The notes under the pieces: generated by a model
Told to the model about the DNA's origin: nothing
Database searches by the model: none
Seen by the model: the letters and a program-made list of their open reading frames with translations, nothing else
Source: a virus
Reading direction: 5' to 3' (one strand)
IMG/VR virus record: IMGVR_UViG_3300035670_000014
Location: 32,001-96,000 of that record
Length of the DNA stretch: 64,000 nucleotides
Made by a program: the position numbers and the translations under genes
Shown: positions 49,149 through 56,553 of the stretch, in pieces
Position numbering within the stretch: position 1 is the first letter of the stretch
Layout of the letters: every line of letters starts with the position of its first letter

Positions 49149-49177
49149 ATTATATCAACCTTCCCTTTGAGGTTAAA
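49149..49177 (-). promoter_or_regulatory. Extended -10 promoter upstream of nrdJ
   Basis: Minus strand TTTAAC-N17-TATAAT with TGaTATAAT. Confidence 0.6.
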
Positions 49178-49254
49178 GAACTTATTAAGCTCTTTTACAA
49201 ATTAGAGCATAAATTAAAGTTAATTAAAGTCAAAGACTTAGATAACTTAATAGA

Positions 49255-49308
49255 TGCTTTAACAAGTTAAGCGCCACACTTTTTATGTAGCGCCTAACTT
49301 GCAAAGCA
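49255..49308 (-). other. Long RNA hairpin in the 3' UTR of the lipoprotein gene
   Basis: CAAGTTAGGCGCTACAT-AAAAA-GTGTGGCGCTTAACTTG is a 17-bp stem with three G:U pairs (minus strand only), extended by TGCTTT/AAAGCA. Confidence 0.7.
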
Positions 49309-49332
49309 AAGACAGACTTGTAGTTTTAAAAA

Positions 49333-49638
49333 TTAGGCACCTGCTCCTGAACCTTCAGAAGCTGAACCTTCGGTAGCTGATCCCTCAGTAGGTGAACTTC
49401 CCTCTTCAGTAGGTGCTGAACCTTCTTCAGTGGAGCCTTCTTGGGTTGAACCTTCAGCATCTGGTTCAACAGGACCTGAGTCTTCACTTGTAGAATCCTC
49501 AACAACATCGACATCAGCAGCTACATCGGCATCAACAGGTGTGACTTCTTCCTCGTCTCCACCACAGGCAGCAAGATAAACTGATAGAACTAATAGAGCA
49601 AAGAACAAGGTAAAGATACGAAAAGAAAATGTATTCAC
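49333..49638 (-). CDS. Acidic, disordered lipoprotein with EGS repeats
   Basis: GTG start, SD AGGAG, signal peptide with lipobox LAA-C, mature part CGGDEEE...(EGS-x2-4)n. Confidence 0.8.
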   Translation of the reverse strand: MNTFSFRIFTLFFALLVLSVYLAACGGDEEEVTPVDADVAADVDVVEDSTSEDSGPVEPDAEGSTQEGSTEEGSAPTEEGSSPTEGSATEGSASEGSGAGA

Positions 49639-49700
49639 GAAAAACTCCTAAGTTAGTAATTCGAGGGTAAAAGCACCCAAGAATATAAAGGTATTTATAT

Positions 49701-49729
49701 ATTATATCAATCTTTTATCTGAAGCTAAA
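49701..49729 (-). promoter_or_regulatory. Extended -10 promoter upstream of the lipoprotein gene
   Basis: Minus strand TTTAGC-N17-TATAAT, with the same TTGATATAAT as the nrdJ promoter. Confidence 0.6.
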
Positions 49730-49797
49730 CAATTTACTAGATTCTCTTATATATTAGAGTATCTTAAGAAGATAAGCCATCTCAGTGTAGATTGCTG

Positions 49798-50823
49798 CTA
49801 TTTCCTGCCTCTTAAGCTAGAGACAAACAGTAATTCTTTATTCCTTAAATGGCTCACTTCTCCTACTACTTCTCCGCTAGGATTATAGATTCCAATTTGT
49901 GCGCCCACATAACGCTTGAAATCTTTTTCAATAACCATGAGGTCAGCGTCACGCTCTAGTAAGATTTGTTCAATCTGTTCGCGGCTTAAGTATCCTTCGT
50001 CATTGAAGGATACTACTAAATGGGGACACTTAGCAGAAGAAACAATATGACGTAAACCTGATTCAGCTTCACGTTTCCGATTAAAAATACTTGATCTCTC
50101 TCGAACATCAACGCGCTTACAGGCTATTCCATACACTTCCGGCTTGTCCCACAATACCAGAGATTCCCAAATATGGTAGTTTCCCAGGTAGTTGTGCTGG
50201 TTGTACGGTGGGTCAATATAGCAAATATCAGCATCGAGAGTGCCAACTATATCGAGTGCATCTCCCTGGTTGGCTTCTCCTTTTCCAGATGCAGCCCTAT
50301 TTAAAATATTTGGCAAGCGCAAATTGAGATCATTGTTTGACCTTGCTGCCCATTGCTTCAAGTAGGCCATCTGAACGCCAGTCGTCGAGTCGACACGGTC
50401 AGCTGCTTCCATGAGTGAAACGAGAACCACGGCTCTCAGTTCAGGTTCGAGTCCCATCTCCTCGATACGCTCACGAATAGCATCAATCCGTTCTCCATTT
50501 TTAGGTTGGAAGAATCTACTATTTTCGCAGAATGTTTCAGTGAAATATCCTGGACGGCCAGGTATTTGATTCAGTTCTGTAATAATTCTTAGTGCGTCGT
50601 CAGCACAATCTTCTCGATCTGCAACAACGTAGCACTGTGCCAACTCCTTTGCATATGCATTGAGGTCGTTTGAAATTACTCTATAACCTGCCCCCTTAGC
50701 AGCATGACCTACCCGACTAGTACCTGAGAATAGGTCGACGACCGTACCACTAGGAGTCAGCTGCTGAAAGGTTTCAATAATAGTTGGTAATAGGGTTCTT
50801 TTAGAACCTAGATACTTGATCAT
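49798..50823 (-). CDS. N6-adenine DNA methyltransferase (D12/Dam-like class), orphan
   Basis: IKYLGSK, VDLFSGT, SND, YIDPPY...Y..NYH, VSFNDEG. Confidence 0.9.
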   Translation of the reverse strand: MIKYLGSKRTLLPTIIETFQQLTPSGTVVDLFSGTSRVGHAAKGAGYRVISNDLNAYAKELAQCYVVADREDCADDALRIITELNQIPGRPGYFTETFCENSRFFQPKNGERIDAIRERIEEMGLEPELRAVVLVSLMEAADRVDSTTGVQMAYLKQWAARSNNDLNLRLPNILNRAASGKGEANQGDALDIVGTLDADICYIDPPYNQHNYLGNYHIWESLVLWDKPEVYGIACKRVDVRERSSIFNRKREAESGLRHIVSSAKCPHLVVSFNDEGYLSREQIEQILLERDADLMVIEKDFKRYVGAQIGIYNPSGEVVGEVSHLRNKELLFVSSLRGRK

Positions 50824-50892
50824 AAGAAACTCCTAAGTTAATTAATTTCTAGATCAAAGTATCTAGAAAAATAAAAGTACTAATATAGTAAA

Positions 50893-51492
50893 TCAATCTT
50901 CTCTATGGGTAACAGGTGCATTCTTAAGCTCCTGGCCCACGGTATAAGAGAGAGTCTCTAGTGTTCTTCTTACAAAGGTAAGCCTTTCTCTTTTAGTTTG
51001 CCAGAAGAAAGTCAAATAATCTGCGAGCATTTTTTGATTATGTATCTCAGTATTCTCTGCTTCTATCTGGTACTTAAGCTCGTCATTACTTGGAGCCTTA
51101 GTACCAGACCTAGAAGACTTGAGTGCTCTGAATCTCTTAGAAGAGATGTCATCTAGCTCGCGAGACAGAGCAGAGCTAACCAAGGTAGATTCCTCAAACT
51201 TAAAGCTAGCATACTCGTAAAGAGAAGAGCATTTAGAGAGAAGCTCTTTAATGTCAGAAGAGTCTGGAGATTTAGGAATCTTAATAGCAAATATAGAATT
51301 CCATTCCTCCAGAGTCTTATTATCAATCTTAAGAAGTTTATAGTCATCAATCAAAGAAAGAACAGCCCTACGACTCCTAGCCATAGACTTAAAGAACTCG
51401 GCAGAGTTTCTTTTGCCGTCTTCCTCAATGGAAATAACCGGGACTTCTTCAGCTGGAGCTGCAACTGGACTGCTGTCAGTTTCTTGATCCAT
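50893..51492 (-). CDS. Helical coiled-coil protein (possibly a UvsY-like recombination mediator)
   Basis: Long helices flanking K.PS.DEL...I; function is weak inference. Confidence 0.45.
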   Translation of the reverse strand: MDQETDSSPVAAPAEEVPVISIEEDGKRNSAEFFKSMARSRRAVLSLIDDYKLLKIDNKTLEEWNSIFAIKIPKSPDSSDIKELLSKCSSLYEYASFKFEESTLVSSALSRELDDISSKRFRALKSSRSGTKAPSNDELKYQIEAENTEIHNQKMLADYLTFFWQTKRERLTFVRRTLETLSYTVGQELKNAPVTHRED

Positions 51493-51525
51493 TCCTATTC
51501 CCTTGCTTGTTGTGAGTTCTCAAAG

Positions 51526-51546
51526 AGAAAAGCCCCTAGCGGGGCC
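51526..51546 (-). terminator. Intrinsic terminator after spoVG
   Basis: GCCCC-GCTA-GGGGC followed by TTTTCTCTTT on the minus strand. Confidence 0.75.
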
Positions 51547-51554
51547 CAGAACAA

Positions 51555-51995
51555 TTAGAATTGATCCATTTCGTCATCAATAATGTTCCAGGGGTCCTTT
51601 TCTTGCCCTTTCAGGGCGGGTGAGTTAATCTTAGCTGATGCCTTCTCTCTATATTCTTGAGGAATCTTAGAGTTAGATGGATTACTTTGAGGCCTTGGAG
51701 TCGAGGCAACAGAAGATCCAGAAACCTTTCGGTTATAGGCATCAAGTATTTGTCTTGAAAATTCAGGTCCTAGTTCCTCGCCTAGAACTTCTACGATGTT
51801 AACGTACTTGGTAGTACCATCGTTAGCCTGGTATGAGCGACTCGGGGCAGATACAAATGCATCGCCCTTCTTGCTCTTGATTATCTTGTAATCATTAACT
51901 TTAAGTAAGTTATTGAAAGTTACAGTAACCATACCAAGGATTGAAGAGTTTGACTTAGGAATGTAAACCTGAACATCTGTAATTTGTAATGACAT
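51555..51995 (-). CDS. spoVG: SpoVG-family nucleic-acid-binding protein with an acidic C-terminal tail
   Basis: ITDVQV...LG.VTVTFN..L.V.D.KII....G.FVSAPSR...Y..IV...I..AY, then a linker and DDEMDQF. Confidence 0.85.
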   Translation of the reverse strand: MSLQITDVQVYIPKSNSSILGMVTVTFNNLLKVNDYKIIKSKKGDAFVSAPSRSYQANDGTTKYVNIVEVLGEELGPEFSRQILDAYNRKVSGSSVASTPRPQSNPSNSKIPQEYREKASAKINSPALKGQEKDPWNIIDDEMDQF

Positions 51996-52004
51996 TTTTA
52001 TACC

Positions 52005-52346
52005 TTATGAATGTATTGTTAAATAACCTGAAGAGTGTAGAACACTCAATAGCGTTGGAAATGCTGATGCAAGCTCTATGCTAGGTATTAGCATGTCTTC
52101 TGCAAGTACCTCTATTGCATCATAGTGCTTAAGGCCTGACTTAAGCATTTGAATAATAATAGCCGATGAATGGCCTGAAAGGCTAGCTGCAAGGCTATAC
52201 TTATCCTTTAGGTCCGGTATAGAGTTTATTATTCCTTCAATGTTTTCTGCCTCTGAGTCATCCATAAACATATGAATGAACTGCTCCAAAGACATAGGAC
52301 CAAGGCCCGGTAAGTCTACTAATACTCTAAGTGGATTAATCTTCAT
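52005..52346 (-). CDS. Hypothetical protein
   Basis: ATGA-coupled ORF. Confidence 0.6.
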   Translation of the reverse strand: MKINPLRVLVDLPGLGPMSLEQFIHMFMDDSEAENIEGIINSIPDLKDKYSLAASLSGHSSAIIIQMLKSGLKHYDAIEVLAEDMLIPSIELASAFPTLLSVLHSSGYLTIHS

Positions 52347-52861
52347 TTATTAACCTGATTGAGTAACCTGTAAGAAGGAATCTTAATCATATACTTCCTC
52401 AAGAAGTATGTAATCAAGCCAGGAGTATAGACAGGTATGAACTTCCTACCTGTACTAAATGATTCCTTATGTACCATGGAGTAGTTAGTTGCAAAATCTA
52501 AGAACCAACAATACTCAGGTAAATACTTAACATTAGAATAACTAATGTAAAGATTCCTACTTCCACTAACACCAATCCAACCAGACCAGATGTTAGAAAC
52601 GTCTGGATAGTAGTTGTTAAATTGATGAATTAAAGAATGCAAGTTACACTCTTGCTCTGGGACTTCTATATCCAAAGTAGAAGATTGGGGATGCTTCTTG
52701 TAGAAAAGAAAAGAATACATAAACATATTCATTCTTTCCAAGTCTAAAATATAAAGCTCAGTAGGGCGATAGTAAGAAACTATCAGTTCCCTGAGGAACT
52801 TTAAATTATTTAGCACAGAAGTAAAGTAGAACTTTATATATTTGTATATACTAGAATCCAT
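52343..52861 (-). CDS. Hypothetical protein
   Basis: Overlaps both neighbours. Confidence 0.55.
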   Translation of the reverse strand: MDSSIYKYIKFYFTSVLNNLKFLRELIVSYYRPTELYILDLERMNMFMYSFLFYKKHPQSSTLDIEVPEQECNLHSLIHQFNNYYPDVSNIWSGWIGVSGSRNLYISYSNVKYLPEYCWFLDFATNYSMVHKESFSTGRKFIPVYTPGLITYFLRKYMIKIPSYRLLNQVNK

Positions 52862-53336
52862 ACCAACCTATAATTTGAGGAAGTGAAGATTTGCACAGCT
52901 CAATAAACACAAGCCACTCGCCATAAGAGAGTGGTAGCATTACTGAACTGGATGTAGCTTCATCACCAATCTTAAGAAGTCTTGATTGATAAAACTTAGA
53001 TGATGAATCATTATTTAATTGAATAGTAAGCTTCTTACCTGGCTTCTTAGCACCTGGGGTATTACCTCCAGGTACATGATAGAGGTTTAGATCGTTATTA
53101 AGTTTGTCTGCCTCTAGTAGAGATTGAATGTCAGCAATGCCTAGAGAAAACTTTATTTTCTTAGCATCTGACCAGTCATAAACCTTGTTATCCCAATCTT
53201 TACATGGAGCAAATTCCATATAGACCGCACCGCTTCTTGCATCCTTGTAACCTCCGTCCGTACCGGTCTTAAAAGGTATGAAAGATACTTGAAGTGCTCC
53301 GCTCTTTTTATAAGTTTGCCATTGCCCTCTAGCCAT
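52851..53336 (-). CDS. Whirly-domain ssDNA-binding protein
   Basis: Colinear Whirly motifs: YKKSGAL, GAVYMEFAP, YDW, KIKFSL, LYHVP, KKLTI, LPLSYGEW.VF, LPQIIGW. SD GAGGA. Confidence 0.8.
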   Translation of the reverse strand: MARGQWQTYKKSGALQVSFIPFKTGTDGGYKDARSGAVYMEFAPCKDWDNKVYDWSDAKKIKFSLGIADIQSLLEADKLNNDLNLYHVPGGNTPGAKKPGKKLTIQLNNDSSSKFYQSRLLKIGDEATSSSVMLPLSYGEWLVFIELCKSSLPQIIGWYGF

Positions 53337-53628
53337 TTGTTCCTCTTTTGTAATTAATAAAGTTTCTTAAGGTTAATAAAGTTTGGAGAAGGTAGCTATG
53401 AATCATAGGACTTATTGCATCATGGCTTTCAGCCTTCTCTAGATAGCTAATAGTAGTATCTATATTTGTATAGTCAAGGTCTGTCAGTTCCCCCACGATA
53501 TATAAATTGTGAAAGATAAGAGAATATATTAGCTCATCAGACTTGATAGGCTGAGGCCAAGATTCAATTACTTTAAAAGTCGAGTCAGCCAAAGACTTGG
53601 CTAGCTCAGGAAAAACAATTTTAGACAT
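53329..53628 (-). CDS. Hypothetical protein
   Basis: Coupled to the Whirly-like gene. Confidence 0.6.
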   Translation of the reverse strand: MSKIVFPELAKSLADSTFKVIESWPQPIKSDELIYSLIFHNLYIVGELTDLDYTNIDTTISYLEKAESHDAISPMIHSYLLQTLLTLRNFINYKRGTNG

Positions 53629-53640
53629 TAGTTAATTTTG

Positions 53641-54024
53641 TTAATTTTTGTTTATGAAGTCCAAGATAGATTTGGACATTTTTTGTTTGAGATCCTCCAC
53701 CATTGAAGGATGAACAAGGGAGAAGAAGAAGTTACCCTGTTCAAAGTCTATTGTAACATAGTTAGTGCCATCCTCATCAAGGCACTTTACTTTAAATAAA
53801 GTTACAGGCAAGCATTTCAGTATGGACATGATGTCTGGATTGGGAGAAGACATGACGGCCATTAGAGTTTCTTTAGTTCCCATCCCGAAGGTAATACCTT
53901 CTTTATCGGAAGTGGGAAGAAAGAAAGGTCTGACTTCATAAGAAGCAGGACCTAAAGAAATGTTAACTGACTTTAATTTCAGCAGTTGTTTAAAAGGTGC
54001 ATTTGAGACTTTATGTTTCTCCAT
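53641..54024 (-). CDS. Hypothetical protein
   Basis: SD GAGGA; 127 aa. Confidence 0.6.
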   Translation of the reverse strand: MEKHKVSNAPFKQLLKLKSVNISLGPASYEVRPFFLPTSDKEGITFGMGTKETLMAVMSSPNPDIMSILKCLPVTLFKVKCLDEDGTNYVTIDFEQGNFFFSLVHPSMVEDLKQKMSKSILDFINKN

Positions 54025-54599
54025 CTATCCTCGGCAGTTTCATTTATCTTTTGTGTAAATAGATTAGTAGAAAAATACTGGAAGTATAAATCTAATCTAT
54101 ATGAAATCTGATAGCTCACGTTTAGGAATTCATCCTCTTCAAGATCAAGGAAGGAATCAATCAAAACGGGCTCATCAATAAAAGGATAAATAGAAGCAAG
54201 TGACTTAACAATCCTGCTAGCTAAGAAGAATAGATAGTCAGAATTGTAATCGCTCTCAAAGTCTGATTTAATAATTGGAAAATCATAAAACTCAGACAAG
54301 CCAGAGCAAGACAACCTAAGAACAAGAGTATCTTCTGTAACTCTAGCCACAAGAGAATAGCTAAAGTCAGATGGATAACTACTGATTGAAGATAAAGAGT
54401 TCTCGCCAACCTTTAAGGTTTCGATAACTTGACTATCTGGAGGAGAAGGCAAGACCTCCTGTTTAAGTGCAGGAGGCTCTGCCTTAATGTAAGGTTTCAT
54501 TTTAAATTCAGGCTTAGGCTTTAGTAGCCTATTTAGAATCTTATTAAGCAAATAGACCTCAATCGTACATACAAGCGACAAAGCCACCAAGCCAAGCAA
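53979..54599 (-). CDS. Hypothetical protein with an N-terminal hydrophobic segment
   Basis: Fills the gap and overlaps both neighbours; start uncertain. Confidence 0.5.
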   Translation of the reverse strand: MLGLVALSLVCTIEVYLLNKILNRLLKPKPEFKMKPYIKAEPPALKQEVLPSPPDSQVIETLKVGENSLSSISSYPSDFSYSLVARVTEDTLVLRLSCSGLSEFYDFPIIKSDFESDYNSDYLFFLASRIVKSLASIYPFIDEPVLIDSFLDLEEDEFLNVSYQISYRLDLYFQYFSTNLFTQKINETAEDRWRNIKSQMHLLNNC

Positions 54600-54924
54600 T
54601 AACTTCAGTAATACTTGTCATGGCAACCCGAGTAGGAGCATCAGGGTCAGGCAAGGGAAGAGAAACATTGTTAGATGTTCTAAGATAGAATTTTGTTTGA
54701 GTATAGGAGTGATCTTCCCCTGAAGTAAGGGGGACAACTACATCCAACCTAATTCCATTTGAATTATAAGGAGAGGGGAAAGAGCCAGAATATGTTATCT
54801 GGCGAGATACATTGGTTACAGCCTTCCATCCCAGTGCAGGCATGGCCAAGACGAAAGCATCAAGATTATCTTTTACTTCTCCAACTTCGGCCGCAGAAAG
54901 AGAAAGAACAGTTGCATCACTCAT
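54559..54924 (-). CDS. Hypothetical protein
   Basis: SD GAGG; 121 aa. Confidence 0.6.
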   Translation of the reverse strand: MSDATVLSLSAAEVGEVKDNLDAFVLAMPALGWKAVTNVSRQITYSGSFPSPYNSNGIRLDVVVPLTSGEDHSYTQTKFYLRTSNNVSLPLPDPDAPTRVAMTSITEVIAWLGGFVACMYD

Positions 54925-54932
54925 ATTAACCT

Positions 54933-55907
54933 CTAATCAGAAAGTATGTTTAGGAACAAAGAGATTTTCTCATGAAGCTCACTTGCTTCACTAGAAGTTA
55001 TAGTATAACCTTGTTCTTTCTTCAATAGAGAAACAACATTATCTATCTCATAAGAATGCAGTAAGACTTTATTTAGCAACTCTTTTAGAGCAGCTATGTC
55101 TGCAGAAGAAAGAGTAAGGGCATTGAATATGTAATCTCTTGCTGCCTTTATTGTAGCAGGAGCAAGAAGTTCTATATACTCAAGCATTTTATTTGCAATA
55201 ACTCTTATCTCGAACTGAGCATCAGAAGCAGTCCTTAGTCTTAAGAAGTGCAATAAGTTATGCAAGTCCATAGTTACAACAAAAGATGTGAAAGTAGCAG
55301 TAGGGAGTATACCTCTTGCTATTTCTCGTGAAACTCCTGCTTCAAGTAACTTTGTATAAGACTCATAAGAGGAGCTAATGGAGTCCCTATAGCTATCATG
55401 TAAGTCTTTCTGATCTTCAAGGTAACTTGAAGTATCAGTGCATTGTTTATTTTGTTTATGCTGGCCAAAGAAAGCATAGGGCTCATAGATCTTATCAGGA
55501 GCCTGACTATATCTATAGGATGCCTGATTATACTTGCCAGTTCTGTGTCTCATAAACTGAGCAGCAACATAGAGCGGACACTCAATGTCAAATGTAAACG
55601 AGACATGTTCAAAAGGACTAGTATGTTTATCTCGCAACAATCTCCGAAGGAGAGCAACATCGCTGGACTTCCTGGAGGTTCCCTTAGAGTAAGATCTCCT
55701 CGCAATATCTACAATGTGAGAATCTAAAGGACTAAGTGTTGAGTTCCAGTCATCCTGTATTACTTCAAGAGGAAAAGCACCAGGGCTAGCCTCTATTAAA
55801 GTAACAGAACCAAGATAGTAAGATTTATTATCAGAGTCAACTCTTTCAATAGCTGGCTCAATGTGAGAGACTTTAGAAAGTACAGAGTAGAGTGGTGATT
55901 GTGTCAT
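54933..55907 (-). CDS. thyX: Flavin-dependent thymidylate synthase
   Basis: AR.SY, HTSPFEH, QFMRHR...NQASYRY, GV.RE.AR..LP, NLLHFL.LR...AQ.EIR. Start moved to ATG at 55907, downstream of the terminator. Confidence 0.93.
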   Translation of the reverse strand: MTQSPLYSVLSKVSHIEPAIERVDSDNKSYYLGSVTLIEASPGAFPLEVIQDDWNSTLSPLDSHIVDIARRSYSKGTSRKSSDVALLRRLLRDKHTSPFEHVSFTFDIECPLYVAAQFMRHRTGKYNQASYRYSQAPDKIYEPYAFFGQHKQNKQCTDTSSYLEDQKDLHDSYRDSISSSYESYTKLLEAGVSREIARGILPTATFTSFVVTMDLHNLLHFLRLRTASDAQFEIRVIANKMLEYIELLAPATIKAARDYIFNALTLSSADIAALKELLNKVLLHSYEIDNVVSLLKKEQGYTITSSEASELHEKISLFLNILSD

Positions 55908-55928
55908 TATATTGCTACCTAATAAAGT

Positions 55929-55950
55929 AAAAAAAATAGCCCCGAAGGGC
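55929..55950 (-). terminator. Intrinsic terminator with a C(UUCG)G loop
   Basis: GCCC-TTCG-GGGC-TA-TTTTTTTT on the minus strand. Confidence 0.8.
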
Positions 55951-55976
55951 AAGGCTTTAATAAGACTAAAGTCTTA

Positions 55977-56426
55977 TTAAGCTAGTGTAACTGGAACTGA
56001 AACAACAATCTCAGTGCTGTTAGACGAGGCTCGCCATGCTCGAATGTCTTCATCGTTTCGACAGACAAGACCCGACGGAAGTCGAGAAACCTGACCTTGA
56101 ACTGTCAGTACGCCGGTGCTCCTGTTGAAATCAGGGTCACCATGTAGCTGACGAGAGTCATAGGTGAACTCATAACGACGAGTTGAATCGTTATAAGACC
56201 CAGTAATGACAGGCATCAGTGACCTTGCCGGGGCAACATGGCCAACAGCAACACGATATGTACCTTCATTCGGGCTAACTTCCGTTAGTACCTCTGCAAG
56301 GACTTCGTCGATGTTGTGAGGAAACCAGCCGCCGTAAGCCTGGTAGCCATGAACGATTGGATTATTGCCATTGAATAGAGAGGCAATGCGTCTAGCAAAT
56401 TCTTCTGTTTGTCGTTGTGTCAGCAT
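55977..56426 (-). CDS. Hypothetical protein with atypical (CG-rich) codon usage
   Basis: 149 aa; many CGN Arg codons, unlike its neighbours; has its own structured leader and terminator. Confidence 0.7.
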   Translation of the reverse strand: MLTQRQTEEFARRIASLFNGNNPIVHGYQAYGGWFPHNIDEVLAEVLTEVSPNEGTYRVAVGHVAPARSLMPVITGSYNDSTRRYEFTYDSRQLHGDPDFNRSTGVLTVQGQVSRLPSGLVCRNDEDIRAWRASSNSTEIVVSVPVTLA

Positions 56427-56450
56427 TTGTTTTTACCTAGGTTGGGCTGA

Positions 56451-56551
56451 GCATCTCTCGATGCAAGTTGACATTCTAAATTGCCGGAACGGCAATAACT
56501 GCATAACAATAGAATCTTGACTACACAGATGTAGCAGTCAAAAGTTATGCA
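56451..56551 (-). ncRNA. Candidate structured cis-RNA (three consecutive hairpins)
   Basis: TGCATAAC..TTGACT...AGTCAA...GTTATGCA; ATTGCCG-TTC-CGGCAAT; GCATC-GAGA-GATGC (GNRA loop). Confidence 0.4.
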
Positions 56552-56553
56552 TA

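Larger units (their letters stand above)
49642..50840. repeat. 14-bp direct repeat (AAACTCCTAAGTTA at 49642-49655 and 50827-50840) bracketing the MTase cassette
   Basis: Identical leader/SD (TAACTTAGGAGTTT on the minus strand) in front of both the MTase and the lipoprotein genes. Confidence 0.65.

Noticed and set aside
49120-49330. tRNA genes or a replication origin in the AT-rich intergenic gaps
   Set aside because: No cloverleaf or T-loop consensus and no iteron array; only a short AATTAAAGT tandem.
55908-55952. Longer thyX start at 55952
   Set aside because: It runs through an intrinsic terminator; ATG at 55907 is more plausible.
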